From a virus (lineage: Duplodnaviria; Caudoviricetes), in the IMG/VR virus record IMGVR_UViG_3300036829_000239, positions 1 to 55,573 of that record: a stretch of DNA of 55,573 bases, one strand, 5' to 3'. Each line of letters starts with the position of its first letter. Position 1 is the first letter of the stretch. This document shows, one piece after another, positions 36,047 to 46,781 of this stretch. The notes under the pieces were generated by a model. That model was not told the DNA's origin and made no database searches. It was given only the letters and a program-made list of their open reading frames with translations. Position numbers and translations under genes: made by a program.

Positions 36047-36619
36047 ATGGCACGCGGAACACCGGCTAACCTGTCGCTCGGCCCCGGCACCTTGTACATC
36101 AACAACCTGAACGGCACGGAGCCCACCGACCTGGTCACGGCGTGGACATCCCTATCACCGAATCCGTGGACCGCGCTGGGGTACACCGACCAGGGCAGCA
36201 CGTTCAAGTACACGATCGCCACCGGCAACGTCACCGTCGCCGAGGAACTGGACAACGTGTCGATTCAGACGACCGGCCGCAGCTCGGACCTGACGTTCGC
36301 GCTGGCGGAGATCACGGCCACGAACCTGATGCGGGCGATGAACGCACCCAACGGGGCGGTCGTTACGGCCGGCGGCGTCGCCACCATCGAGCCGCCGGAC
36401 CTGGGCACCGAAACCCGCCGGATGCTCGGCTGGCAGGCTGAGGACGCCTCGGAGCGGTGGATCTTCCGGCAGTGCTTCCAGTCCGGCGACATGACGATCC
36501 AGCGGCAGAAGGGCGCGAACAACGCCACGCTGGCGCTGGACTTCTCGCTGGAGAAGCCCTTCACCGGCCTGAAGCTGTTCAAGGTCATCATGTCCACGTC
36601 CAACCCGAACAGGTCGTAG
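36047..36619 (+). CDS. Major tail tube protein
   Basis: LGPGTLY...EPTD...W..LGYTDQG; synteny. Confidence 0.85.
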   Translation: MARGTPANLSLGPGTLYINNLNGTEPTDLVTAWTSLSPNPWTALGYTDQGSTFKYTIATGNVTVAEELDNVSIQTTGRSSDLTFALAEITATNLMRAMNAPNGAVVTAGGVATIEPPDLGTETRRMLGWQAEDASERWIFRQCFQSGDMTIQRQKGANNATLALDFSLEKPFTGLKLFKVIMSTSNPNRS

Positions 36620-36627
36620 AAAAAAAG

Positions 36628-37077
36628 ATGTCCACGTTGTCTGGATCCATCAGCTCCCCAGTGCTGGGCGCTGATGGTCTGCCGCGCGATCTACAGCTCT
36701 CGTTCAGTGAGGCGGATCTCCCCACATCCAACGGCTACAGGCCGTGTCACTACCGATGGGACCTGGCCAGCGCAACCTACACGGCGGTTGTGTACTCCCC
36801 GTCCGGGGGCTCTCCCACCACCTACTGGACGGGCCAGGCCTTCTTCGATTCGGAAGATCTCGGGTGGTTCCGGCCCAACGCGGACAAGGTAGTCGATAGC
36901 GCTCTGGGGTTCGCCACGTGGGGCGACCCCAGCGATTTCGTTGGCTGGGAGCAGTTGCCCGGGTGGCATTTCGAGTGCACCGCCACCGTCACGGGGACCA
37001 TCACCAACGTGGACAGCGGCGCCGTAAGCGCGGCAATCACAAGGACGACTGATGTCGAAATAGCGGGGATGCCATAG
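36628..37077 (+). CDS. Inserted hypothetical protein
   Basis: Fills gap between tail tube and chaperone; lower GC3. Confidence 0.6.
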   Translation: MSTLSGSISSPVLGADGLPRDLQLSFSEADLPTSNGYRPCHYRWDLASATYTAVVYSPSGGSPTTYWTGQAFFDSEDLGWFRPNADKVVDSALGFATWGDPSDFVGWEQLPGWHFECTATVTGTITNVDSGAVSAAITRTTDVEIAGMP

Positions 37078-37079
37078 CA

Positions 37080-37846
37080 ATGCGTGATTTCGCGAGCAAG
37101 CCCAAGAACGAGGACGGCAGCGGCGCCGCGCCGCGGGTAGCGGAGCACGCCTTCAAGCTGGACGGCGAGTCGTTCACCGCCCGGATGGTGATGAACGCGG
37201 ACGCGACGCTGGCGTGGTCGGAGTTCGCGGACAGCGCCCTGCAGACGCAGGAAGACATCAACTCCCCGGCCGGCGCCGCGTTCTTCTCGCAGTTCTTCAA
37301 GCTGGTGATGCAGGGCGGCGAGTACCAGCGGTTCCGCGCGCACCTGAAGCAGCACGACACCGACGCGGACGTCCTGCTGGAGATCATGCTGGACGTCCAG
37401 GAGGCGATAGAGGCTGAACTCGGCGGGGAAGCCGGGCGCCCTACGCAGCCGTCGTCGTCCTCCTCCGGTGGGCGTACGGCGACGGACGGGCGGAGGTTGG
37501 AGATCATCTCGCTGGCCGCGGCCGCCGGCTCGGACGGCGAAGTCGAGTTCGCGCCGCAGAGCCGGACGGTGCGGAAGCAGGCGGCCAAGACCAAGCGGAA
37601 GCCGGCCTGAGCGAGCTGTGCGACGCGGCGGAGGTGACCTGGGGGCGGCTGGCGGACCGGCAGGACCAGCTGCACCTCCTCGCGCTGGTCGCGCGCGGGC
37701 AGGGCTGCGAGGGCATGGAGGACTACCGGCCCCCGTCCGAGGCGCTGCGGGAGTTCCTGCGGGAACCGCCGGCACCGGAGGCCGCCGGGGCGGCACGCAG
37801 GATGACGGTGGAGCAGTTCCTAGCGCAGGCCGGAGGTGACACCTGA
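37080..37846 (+). CDS. Tail assembly chaperone; short form 37080..37610, long form probably via -1 frameshift
   Basis: Directly upstream of tape measure; -1 frame open 37418-37846; GGGGAAG...CGCCCTAC near 37424-37444. Confidence 0.7.
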
Positions 37847-40800
37847 TGGCGACCGGGTCAGTGGCCGACGTGTATCTCCGGCTGCGGGTGGACAGCCGGC
37901 AGCTCAAGAAGGACATCGAGGAGGGGGCTAAGGGCTCCTCCGGTTCCGCGAACATCGACCTCAAGGTCAACAAGGATGCCCTCGTCAAGGACATCGGCGA
38001 CAGCCTCAAGAAGGTTGACGCTACCGGGGCCGGGAAGCGGATCGGCGGTGACCTGGGGAGCGCGGCGGGCAGGGAGTCGTCCGCCGCTATGCGCAGTGAT
38101 TTCCTGCGGGCGAACTGGGAATCGCTCGGCGGCGTGGTGGGCAAGGCGCTGGGGTCGTCGGCGGGCGACACGGCGGCCAAGGAAGCGCCGGAGCGTACCC
38201 GCCGGGGTTTCCTGGGCATCGACTGGGGCGGTATCGGGCGGATCGCGGGGCGGGCGCTGGGGGGCGGCGCGGGTGACGGCGGAGAGTCGGGCGGCAAGAG
38301 CTTCGGGGAGAAGTTCGCCAGCTCGGCGGCGAAGAACATCACGGTGAAGCGGACGCTGATCACCGCGGCGGTCGGCGCGGCGCTGGCGGTCGGCCCGGCG
38401 GGCATCGCGCTGGGCGCGGCGGCCGCCGGCGTCGGCATCGGGGTGGCGCTCGTCGCGGGCATCATCTCCTCCATCGACAAGCAGAGGAAGACGGTCCAGA
38501 CGCAGCTGGACAAGCTGCTGACGGTGAAGAACCCCAGCGGCGACCAGAAGCAGCAGATCGCCGACCTGCAGAAGCAGCTCGCGGTGCTGAACCAGCAGGC
38601 GGCGGCGTACGCGCGGGTGACCGGCGCGGCGCGCGGGGTGCGGGACACGCTGATCGCGACGCTGACGGTGTCGCTGAAGAACAGCGGCATCCTGGAGGCG
38701 TTCTCCCGGGCACTGCAGGCAACAGGGACGTGGATCGCCGGGCACCGGGCGCTGTTCACCGCGTTCTTCGCGGCGGCGGCCCCGTACGTGCCGGTGCTGA
38801 CGAACTTCTTCCTCCGGCTGGTGGGCACCCTGCTGCCGCAGATGACGGCGCTGATGCAGCGGGTGCAGCCCGCCGTGCAGCACGTGCTGGACGCGTTCAT
38901 CGGGTTCGTGAGGACGGGCGTCGGCGGGTTCCTCACGCAGGTGGGGACCGGGGCGGGCGTGTCGGCGGGCGCGTTCGGGAAGATGCTGGTCGCGCTGGCC
39001 CCGCTGCTGCCCGCGATCGGGCAGTTGGCGACGCTCACGGCGCAGCTCGTGAACCGGTTCCCGATCCTGATCCCGGTCATCGGCGGGCTGCTGGTCGCGG
39101 TGAAGGTCGCGGCGGCGGTCAACGTGCTCAGCAGGGCGTTCGACGTGGCGAAGGCCGCGGCGATCGCGCTCGGGATATCGATGGACACCATCCCGTTCGT
39201 CGCGATCGCCGCCGGCATCGCCATCGCCGCGGTGCTGATCATCACGCACTGGGGTGCGGTGCAGCGTTTCCTGGTCGCGGCGTGGCACGCCATCTACGGC
39301 GGTGCCGTCGCGCCGATGATCAACTTCTTCACCAACACCATCCCGCACGCGGCCGGGCTGGTGCTGAACTGGCTGAAGGCCAACTGGCCGTACATTGCCG
39401 GCTACCTGGGCGGCCCGGTCGGCATTGCCGCCGCGGTCATCTACAAGCACTGGGGGACGATCCAGAACACGTTCACGGCGGGCTGGCGGTGGCTGCTGTC
39501 CAACGTGTGGACGCCGGTGTTCAATTTCTTCACCCGCACCTTCCCGGCGTGGCTGGGCGCGGCGGCCCGGTTCGTGCTGAACGTGTTCGTGAGGCCGTGG
39601 CAGAACCTCCTCGTCTCCTCCTGGCGGTGGCTGCTGGCCAGCGTGTGGACGCCGGTGTTCAACCTGTTCACCCGCACCCTCCCGAGCTGGTTCGACGCTG
39701 CCGTCCGGTTCGTGCGGTCCCGGTTCGTGGTGCCGTGGCAGAACCTGCTGTCGGCGTCGTGGCGGTGGCTGCTGGCCAGCGTGTGGACCCCCGTCTTCAA
39801 CTTCTTCACCAGGACGCTGCCGCAGTGGCTGGGCACCGCCGTGAACTTCGTCCGGTCCCGGTTCGTCGTCCCGTGGCAGAACCTGTTCTCCGCGTCCTGG
39901 GCGTGGCTGACCGGGCACGTGTGGAACCCGGTGCGGGACTTCTTCACCAGGACGCTGCCGTCGTGGTTCGACACCGCGGCGGGCAGGATCGGGCAGGCAT
40001 GGCAGAAGATCCAGAACATCGTGCTGGCCCCCGTCAAGTGGCTGTTCCAGAAGGTGTTCGACCCGCTGGGCACCGGGTTCGACAACATCACCAGCGCGCT
40101 CGGGCTCGGCAAGCCGATCAAGGTCCCGGTCGTGGCGGGCTGGGCGGCCGGCGGCAGCCCGGGGAGGATCTTCGCGGGCACGCACGGCACCGCCGACGAC
40201 GTGCTGGCACGCGTGTCGCGCGGTGAGACGATCGTGTCCGCGGCGCACTCCAGGGTGCTGGCCCCCGCGTTCTCGGCGGTCGGCGTGCCCGGCTACGCGG
40301 CGGGCGGCATCCCGAACCCGGTCAGCAGCATCACCGGGGCGGCCAAGAGCGTGATCGGCGCGGCGAAGGGCGTGATCGGCAAGGCCGTGGACACCGGGAA
40401 GATCGCGGCGGCGATAGCGACCGGGAACACCACGGCGCTGGTCAACGCGGTCACCCAGCTCATCGCGGGCAAGTCGTACCCGGGGGCGGTCGGCGACATC
40501 GCGCGGATCCTGACCGCCGCGCCCAAGGCGATCGTCAAGGACATGGCCGGCTGGCTGATCGGGTCGGGCAGCGGCCAGGGCGGCGGGGGCTACAGCGCGG
40601 GGAGCGTGCCGAACGTCGGGTCGGGCGTGGCGCGGTGGCGGGGCATCGTGCTGCAGGCGCTGTCGCTGCTGCACATGTCCGCCGGCCTGGCGTCCCGCAT
40701 CCTGTACCAGATGCAGACCGAGTCGGCCGGCAACCCCAACGCGATCAACAACTGGGACATCAACGCCAAGCGCGGCGACCCCAGCCGCGGGCTGATGCAG

Positions 40801-41199
40801 GTCATCGGGTCCACGTTCGCCGCGTACCACGTGGCCGGCACGTCCAGTAACATCTACGACCCGCTCGCGAACGTGGCGGCGGCGGTGAACTACGCCCGGC
40901 ACGTGTACGGGCCGTCGCTCGGCGCGCTCGGCTCCGGGCACGGCTACTACGACGGCGGGCCGATCACCGAGCCGATTGTGGGGATCGGCGCGTCCGGCCG
41001 GCGGTACACGTTCGGGGAGGGCGGGTCGCAGGAGCACGTGGTGTCGCAGGCCACGATGGCGGCGCTGGTCGCGGAGCAGCGCCGCACCAACGCGCTGCTG
41101 GAAGCGCAGCCCGCGCGGACGGCCGGCGGGGTGGCGGCGGCGGTCAGCGGCGCGCGGGGCCTGGAGATGCAGAACGCGCGGCGGGGGGCGGGCCGGTGA
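37846..41199 (+). CDS. Tape measure protein with C-terminal lytic transglycosylase
   Basis: 1117 aa, Trp-periodic ~40-aa repeats, ESAGNPNAINNWD...GLMQ SLT motif. Confidence 0.95.
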   Translation: MATGSVADVYLRLRVDSRQLKKDIEEGAKGSSGSANIDLKVNKDALVKDIGDSLKKVDATGAGKRIGGDLGSAAGRESSAAMRSDFLRANWESLGGVVGKALGSSAGDTAAKEAPERTRRGFLGIDWGGIGRIAGRALGGGAGDGGESGGKSFGEKFASSAAKNITVKRTLITAAVGAALAVGPAGIALGAAAAGVGIGVALVAGIISSIDKQRKTVQTQLDKLLTVKNPSGDQKQQIADLQKQLAVLNQQAAAYARVTGAARGVRDTLIATLTVSLKNSGILEAFSRALQATGTWIAGHRALFTAFFAAAAPYVPVLTNFFLRLVGTLLPQMTALMQRVQPAVQHVLDAFIGFVRTGVGGFLTQVGTGAGVSAGAFGKMLVALAPLLPAIGQLATLTAQLVNRFPILIPVIGGLLVAVKVAAAVNVLSRAFDVAKAAAIALGISMDTIPFVAIAAGIAIAAVLIITHWGAVQRFLVAAWHAIYGGAVAPMINFFTNTIPHAAGLVLNWLKANWPYIAGYLGGPVGIAAAVIYKHWGTIQNTFTAGWRWLLSNVWTPVFNFFTRTFPAWLGAAARFVLNVFVRPWQNLLVSSWRWLLASVWTPVFNLFTRTLPSWFDAAVRFVRSRFVVPWQNLLSASWRWLLASVWTPVFNFFTRTLPQWLGTAVNFVRSRFVVPWQNLFSASWAWLTGHVWNPVRDFFTRTLPSWFDTAAGRIGQAWQKIQNIVLAPVKWLFQKVFDPLGTGFDNITSALGLGKPIKVPVVAGWAAGGSPGRIFAGTHGTADDVLARVSRGETIVSAAHSRVLAPAFSAVGVPGYAAGGIPNPVSSITGAAKSVIGAAKGVIGKAVDTGKIAAAIATGNTTALVNAVTQLIAGKSYPGAVGDIARILTAAPKAIVKDMAGWLIGSGSGQGGGGYSAGSVPNVGSGVARWRGIVLQALSLLHMSAGLASRILYQMQTESAGNPNAINNWDINAKRGDPSRGLMQVIGSTFAAYHVAGTSSNIYDPLANVAAAVNYARHVYGPSLGALGSGHGYYDGGPITEPIVGIGASGRRYTFGEGGSQEHVVSQATMAALVAEQRRTNALLEAQPARTAGGVAAAVSGARGLEMQNARRGAGR

Positions 41200-41480
41200 G
41201 GTACGACGGCGCGTACTCGATGCTGACGTACACGACGGACGACGGGAGGTACTCCCTCGCGGTGTGGAACGGGCGGGACGGGGTGATCCCGGACGTGATC
41301 ACGCTGGGCAGCGGGCTGGCCGCGCAGCTCGCCTCCTTCACCTACGAGGGGCCGGGCTGGGTGCCGCCGGACGGCACGGCGACGATCGACGAGGTGGCCC
41401 CGCTCCCGGACCCGGTGCCGGGCGCTTCTGAGCTGGCGCTCGGCTGGCCGGGGCAGCCGTACCTGAACGCGGGGAGCTGA
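41196..41480 (+). CDS. Hypothetical protein
   Basis: GTGA overlap with tape measure. Confidence 0.6.
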   Translation: MRYDGAYSMLTYTTDDGRYSLAVWNGRDGVIPDVITLGSGLAAQLASFTYEGPGWVPPDGTATIDEVAPLPDPVPGASELALGWPGQPYLNAGS

Positions 41481-41483
41481 GAC

Positions 41484-44400
41484 GTGGCCGATTCGCTGAG
41501 GCTGTGCAACCTGTTCGAGCTGCTCGGCGGCGGCGTCCCCTCGCAGCTCACGATGTGCGCCGGGGCGGTCTTCCGGCTCGGCAACGCCTACGACTTCGGG
41601 TCGCCGCAGCCGGTGGTGGATTTCGTGGCCACGCTGACGGGCGACGGGGAGCGGCCGTTCGGGTGGCGGTACTCCAACCGGACGCTGACGCTGCCGCTGG
41701 TGATCATCGTGCCGTCGACCGGCAGCCCGGCCGCGGACAGGCTGACCCTGGCCGGGGCGCGGGAGGCGCTGATGCAGGCGGTCAGCGCGGACTCCTTCGA
41801 CCTGGTGTGGGCGCCGGACGGCTCCGACGGCACGCTGAACACGGTGTTCGAATGCTGGAAGGCGAAGGCGTCGACCATCTCCTACGACATCAAGCAGGAA
41901 CGGCAGCTCGTCTCCGAGCTGTCGGTCACGTTCGACGCGATGCCGTTCGGCCGGTCCGACACCCTGTCGTCGCTGAACTTCGACTCGCCGGTCGCGGGCG
42001 TGACGCCGCCGCTCGCGCAGAACGTGGTGGACGACTACACGTCGTTCTCCACCACCACGCAGGGCACGTGGTGGACGACGTCGCCGGTCACGGCGTACGG
42101 CACGGCGTCGGCCCGCTGGCACCACGACCTGTCCGACGACAAGTCGCCGCTGCTGTACACCCACACCCTGTCGCCGGCGGAGAACATCACCGGGCTGAAC
42201 AAGGTCACGTTCTGGTTCGGGCTGGGTGCCGACACCAACGAGCGGTACCGCGGCTGGAAGTCCGGCCTGGTGCATTTCGTGGTGATCCTGCGGGACAACC
42301 TGTCGCGGACGCTGACGTTCTCCGTGCAGCAGGTGTGCAGGGCCAGCTCGAACAATAACTGGCCGGTGTGGAACCGGGTGTCGCTGCCGGTCCCGCAGGG
42401 CAGCAGCGCGTTCACCTACTCCAACGTCGTGGCGTACTCCGTCAAGGCGTGGTCGGACGTGCGGACGCTGACGTCCGGGAAGTTCACCGTGCTCCGGCAC
42501 ACCGGGTACCTGGCCGGGCTGATCGCCACGCCGACGGCGGCGCCGCGCCGGCCCGCGTCCGACCGCGGCGGGGACTACCTGCTGTACGGCATCGAGGGCA
42601 CCGCGCCGACGCCGCTGAACCTGCACCTGCAGCTCGGCTTCCAGCAGCTCGTCCCGGCCACGCAGACGGTCACGCTGCAGGGCGCGCCGGGCGCCGCGCT
42701 GACGTACACGGCGCCGGCGGAGAACCCGAACTGGCTGTACGGCGACACGGCGGACGGCGAACGCGGCACGACCGGGACGTGGACGGGGTCGGACGGGGCG
42801 GCCGCGAACGCGACGGTGACGAACTCGACGACGCTCGCGCACTCCGGCACGCACGCGATCAGGGTCGTGCCCGCGTCCGGCGGGACCAGTGCGGTGATCG
42901 CGTCCTGCCCGGCGTCCGTCATCAGCTCGGCGGGGGTGCCGTGCCAGCCGGGCGACCGGATCGCGCTGCGGACGTGGGCGCGGGCCGGGTCGACCGGCCG
43001 GAGCATCACCGTCGCCGCGGAGTTCTACAACTCCGGCGGCACGTCGACCGGCACGCAGGCCCTGTCCGCGGTGACGGACTCCTCCGGCTCGTGGACGCAG
43101 ATCAACGGGCGGGTGACCGCCCCGGCGAACGCGGCGTTCTGCCGGATGCTGATCACGACCGCGACCCCCGCGACGTCGGAGATCCACTACTTCGACGACA
43201 TCTACCTGTCCCGGGCGGTGCAGGCCACCGTGATCGGCGTCGGCGCCGGCGGCGCCGGCGGGTCGACCGCGCCGAGCAACGTGTCGGCGCAGGGCGGCGG
43301 CGGCGGCGAGATCGCGTGGGAGACGAACCTGGACCTCAACCCGGGTGCCGGCCACGCCTACGTGATCGGGAAGGGCGGGGTGCCCGCCCAGTCCGGGTCG
43401 AACGGCGGCGCCGGCGGCGACAGCACGTTCGCCGGGCTGTCGGCGACGGTGACCGCGAACGGCGGCGGCGGCGGCCTGAACGAGCTGACCGCCGACAACG
43501 TGGACGCGCCGGCCGGCACGAACAAGGGCACCGGCTCGTCCAACGCGCATCATTTCGACGGCGGGAACGGCGGCGCCGGCACGTCCCCGGGGACGCTGCT
43601 GTGGGCCGGCGGCGGCGGCGGCGCGGCGTCCGACGGCGGCGCCGGCGCGGCCGGCGGGTCCCCGGCCGGCGGCGCCGGCGGCAACACCGGGGCGCTGGGC
43701 GTGCAGGGCGGGCAGGGCTCGGCGGGCAACACGGCGGCGACCGGGTACTTCCCCGGCGGCGGCGGCGGCGGGGCCACCTCCGGGTCGGTCAACGCGCACC
43801 CCGGCAGCGCCGGCGCGAACGGCATGATCAAGATGATCATCACCACCTTCACGGCGAAGCAGACGTTCCCGTGCGCGCTGGTGCACAAGCTGTCACCGCG
43901 TTCCGGCATCCGGGCGAAGGCGGTGGTCCCGGTCGGCGCCGGGCAGGACCCGCCGGACGGCCGGGAGTACACGGTGGACGCCGCCGACGGGCAGCCCGCC
44001 CGGTACCAGGGCACCTACTCGCTGCTGCTGGTGAACTTCTCGTGGAACGGGACGGCGAACCGGACGGTGACGGCGACGGTCCGGCAGCACGAGGCGGCCG
44101 GCGGCGCGGTGTCGGCGGTGGCGCTGGCGCAGCCGGCGGCCCCGGCGAACGTGCCGAACGGGATGCTGTGGCTGGGCGAGGTGACGCTGCCGTTGAAGGA
44201 CATGCCGGCGGAGAACACCGACTCCTATTTCACCGTCGCGGTGAACTCGGGGAACAGCGCCGACCGGTTCCTGGACCTGCTGCTGATCGACACGCAGGGG
44301 CAGCTGATCGTGGTGAACCTGCCCGGCTCCGGGTACACGGACTACTACTTCGACGCACCCGACCTGTCGCGGGACCTCGGGCTGGTGCTCGGCACGATGA

Positions 44401-44564
44401 CCGACAGGTCGGCGGCCGTGTCGGTGGCGGCCAACACGTTCATGTCCGGCGGCCCGATGCGGCTGCTGCCGGGCGACAACGTGTTCACCGTCTACTCGCC
44501 GACCGGCATGCCCGGCCTGGAGGGTGACTACTGGCCGCGCTGGTGGCACGAGCGCCTGAGTTAG
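41484..44564 (+). CDS. Minor tail protein (distal-tail-like, with CBM-like and Gly-rich domains)
   Basis: NRTLTLPL N-terminus; NWLY..GE.GT.GTW...YFDDI module; GGGGG repeats. Confidence 0.8.
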   Translation: MADSLRLCNLFELLGGGVPSQLTMCAGAVFRLGNAYDFGSPQPVVDFVATLTGDGERPFGWRYSNRTLTLPLVIIVPSTGSPAADRLTLAGAREALMQAVSADSFDLVWAPDGSDGTLNTVFECWKAKASTISYDIKQERQLVSELSVTFDAMPFGRSDTLSSLNFDSPVAGVTPPLAQNVVDDYTSFSTTTQGTWWTTSPVTAYGTASARWHHDLSDDKSPLLYTHTLSPAENITGLNKVTFWFGLGADTNERYRGWKSGLVHFVVILRDNLSRTLTFSVQQVCRASSNNNWPVWNRVSLPVPQGSSAFTYSNVVAYSVKAWSDVRTLTSGKFTVLRHTGYLAGLIATPTAAPRRPASDRGGDYLLYGIEGTAPTPLNLHLQLGFQQLVPATQTVTLQGAPGAALTYTAPAENPNWLYGDTADGERGTTGTWTGSDGAAANATVTNSTTLAHSGTHAIRVVPASGGTSAVIASCPASVISSAGVPCQPGDRIALRTWARAGSTGRSITVAAEFYNSGGTSTGTQALSAVTDSSGSWTQINGRVTAPANAAFCRMLITTATPATSEIHYFDDIYLSRAVQATVIGVGAGGAGGSTAPSNVSAQGGGGGEIAWETNLDLNPGAGHAYVIGKGGVPAQSGSNGGAGGDSTFAGLSATVTANGGGGGLNELTADNVDAPAGTNKGTGSSNAHHFDGGNGGAGTSPGTLLWAGGGGGAASDGGAGAAGGSPAGGAGGNTGALGVQGGQGSAGNTAATGYFPGGGGGGATSGSVNAHPGSAGANGMIKMIITTFTAKQTFPCALVHKLSPRSGIRAKAVVPVGAGQDPPDGREYTVDAADGQPARYQGTYSLLLVNFSWNGTANRTVTATVRQHEAAGGAVSAVALAQPAAPANVPNGMLWLGEVTLPLKDMPAENTDSYFTVAVNSGNSADRFLDLLLIDTQGQLIVVNLPGSGYTDYYFDAPDLSRDLGLVLGTMTDRSAAVSVAANTFMSGGPMRLLPGDNVFTVYSPTGMPGLEGDYWPRWWHERLS

Positions 44565-44568
44565 TACC

Positions 44569-45054
44569 GTGGATACCATGGTGCGGATACCGCTGGTCGG
44601 CCGGATTGGCGCGGGCCTGTATGCGATGGTCGATGACGAGGACTATGAGATGCTGGCGGGGCACCGCTGGCGTCTTGACCGGGGTAATCACCCGGATTAC
44701 GCAAAGACGGGCCGCGAGAGGGTGGTGCGGATGCACGCGATGATCATGGGGATTCCGCGTGCCGATCACATCAACGGCGATGGGCTGAACAACCAGAGGT
44801 CGAATCTCCGGGCGGCTGCGCCGCGACAGCAGCAGATGAACAGGCGGAAACAAGCCGCCCGCTGCTCGTCCCGCTTCAAGGGTGTTTTCTGGTACAAGCG
44901 TTCGGGGCGGTGGCAGGCGAACATCAGGCTCGACGGCAAGCAATATCACCTGGGCTACTTCACCGATGAGGTTGAGGCGGCGCGGGCATATGACGCCGCA
45001 GCGGCTGTGATGTTCGGGGAGTTTGCGCGGCTGAACTTCGAGAGGCTGCCATAG
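44569..45054 (+). CDS. HNH-AP2 homing endonuclease
   Basis: DHINGDGLNNQRSNLR; SRFKGV...WQANI...HLGYF..EVEAARAYD. Confidence 0.93.
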   Translation: MDTMVRIPLVGRIGAGLYAMVDDEDYEMLAGHRWRLDRGNHPDYAKTGRERVVRMHAMIMGIPRADHINGDGLNNQRSNLRAAAPRQQQMNRRKQAARCSSRFKGVFWYKRSGRWQANIRLDGKQYHLGYFTDEVEAARAYDAAAAVMFGEFARLNFERLP

Positions 45055-46134
45055 ATGGACGAGTCCCAGCCGGTCGTCGCGACGGCCCGGGTCGACGGGA
45101 CCGGCCTGTACTACCTGGGGCACATCGGCGCCGTCGAGCAGCTGACGTGGACCGACACGATGCCGGGCGGGCCGGCCGCCTTGTCCTGCCAGCTGGACGC
45201 GGACCCGGACACCCGGCACGAGGCGCTCTCCCCCGGCCGCCGGGTGTACGTGTACCGCGGGTTCAGCACGGTGTGGGAGGGGCGGATGCTGGAGCCCGCG
45301 CCCGGCGACGGCGGGTGGAGCATCACCGCGGACGGGATGGGCGTGCTCGGCAACTACTACCGGGCCGACTGGGTGACGTGGACGCCGGGCAGCGTGGTCG
45401 CCCGCGCGGCGAACCGCGGGCTGCGGTGGACCTCCGGCTCCCTCACGGGCGGGTACACCGCGCAGCCGCAGGACTCGGGGACGGTGACGGTGACCGACGC
45501 GATGAACCAGTTCACCCAGACGCAGTCCACCACCTGGCGGGTGCACCGGGTGCAGGCCGGCTGGCAGGTGGACATGGTGCCCGTTCCCGCGGTGCCGACG
45601 CGGATGCTGGTGACGAGCGTGCCGCAGGCCCGCACCCTCGCCGGCTACGTGAACGGCCTGTACGTCAAGTACCAGTCGAAGGCCGACACCGGCAACACGG
45701 CCGCGGCCACCTCGTTCCAGATCCCCGTGCTGCCGGACTCGATCGCCCGCCACGACCGGATGGAGCAGTTCTGGGACGTCACCTCCTCGGGGGTGCTGAC
45801 CGGCGCGGCGGCGCTGGCGCTGGGGCAGCAGGCGCTCGCCAAGTACCAGTCGGCGTCGTACGCGGCGGCGATCACCGCGTCCCCCGGCCAGTACCAGACG
45901 ACGGGCGGGGTGCCGGTCGACCTGGCATGCGAGCATGCCGGGGAGGTGGTGCAGCTCGTCCTCGCGGACGGCCCGTACGGCGGCGAGGTGTACCCGTGGC
46001 CGCCGGTCGTCTTCCCGGTCGGGCAGGTGAAATACGACGCGACCGCGGGGACGCTGGAGATCACCCCGTACCAGTCGTGGAAGGACGACTTCGGCAGCGT
46101 GATGACGATCCTCGCGCCGGCGGCGCCGGCATGA
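45055..46134 (+). CDS. Minor tail protein
   Basis: Synteny; PGG...VWEG...A.G pattern. Confidence 0.75.
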   Translation: MDESQPVVATARVDGTGLYYLGHIGAVEQLTWTDTMPGGPAALSCQLDADPDTRHEALSPGRRVYVYRGFSTVWEGRMLEPAPGDGGWSITADGMGVLGNYYRADWVTWTPGSVVARAANRGLRWTSGSLTGGYTAQPQDSGTVTVTDAMNQFTQTQSTTWRVHRVQAGWQVDMVPVPAVPTRMLVTSVPQARTLAGYVNGLYVKYQSKADTGNTAAATSFQIPVLPDSIARHDRMEQFWDVTSSGVLTGAAALALGQQALAKYQSASYAAAITASPGQYQTTGGVPVDLACEHAGEVVQLVLADGPYGGEVYPWPPVVFPVGQVKYDATAGTLEITPYQSWKDDFGSVMTILAPAAPA

Positions 46135-46781
46135 CCGACCTGCAGACCCTCCAGGCGCAGGTCAACTACCTGGCCTCCCGCGTCGGCGGCCTGGCCGGCC
46201 GGGCCGCCGCCGTCGTCGGCACCGACGTGCCGGCGACGGCGATGTCGGCGACCACCACGTCGTTCGCGAACCTGACCCGGGCGTACACGATCCCCGGCGG
46301 CGACCCGGCCGCGAACTCCGTCTACCGGCTGTCGGCGTGGGGCGACCTGCTCGTCGGCACGTCCACCTCCGCGGTGTACACGTGGTCGGTCGCCGCGTAC
46401 GGGATGAACGCCGCGTCGGGCACCCCGCTGGCCGCCTGCTCGATCGGGGCGTCGTACCTGGCGAACGCGCTGGCGCTGTCGTTCGAGTGGAAGCTGGAAG
46501 CGGCGCTGCTGGTCAAGACGGCCGGGTCCGGCGGCGTGATCGACACGTTCCTGGCAGGCGACATCGCCCTCTACCACGGCACGATGGCGGCCGCCACCAA
46601 CCTGGGCAACCTGCTCACCGGCGGGCAGCCCAACTCGCTGGCGCTGGCCGGCGGGCAGGGAGACACCGCGGTGGACACGACGGCGGCCACCACCATCGCG
46701 CTGCAGGGGCAGTGGGGCGGCGCGACACCCGGCGCGAACTGCCGCGGATTCGGCAGCACTCTGGAGAGGATCGGCCCGTGA
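46131..46781 (+). CDS. Minor tail/fibre protein
   Basis: N-terminal coiled coil then beta-rich domain. Confidence 0.65.
   Translation: MTDLQTLQAQVNYLASRVGGLAGRAAAVVGTDVPATAMSATTTSFANLTRAYTIPGGDPAANSVYRLSAWGDLLVGTSTSAVYTWSVAAYGMNAASGTPLAACSIGASYLANALALSFEWKLEAALLVKTAGSGGVIDTFLAGDIALYHGTMAAATNLGNLLTGGQPNSLALAGGQGDTAVDTTAATTIALQGQWGGATPGANCRGFGSTLERIGP

Noticed and set aside
39470-39980. ~120-bp direct repeats
   Set aside because: Ordinary tape-measure protein repeats
37858-41037. Very long antisense and alternate-frame ORFs here and at 19015, 19491, 23698, 28224, 40947
   Set aside because: Shadow ORFs expected from high GC3 codon bias; Arg/Gly/Pro-rich with no motifs
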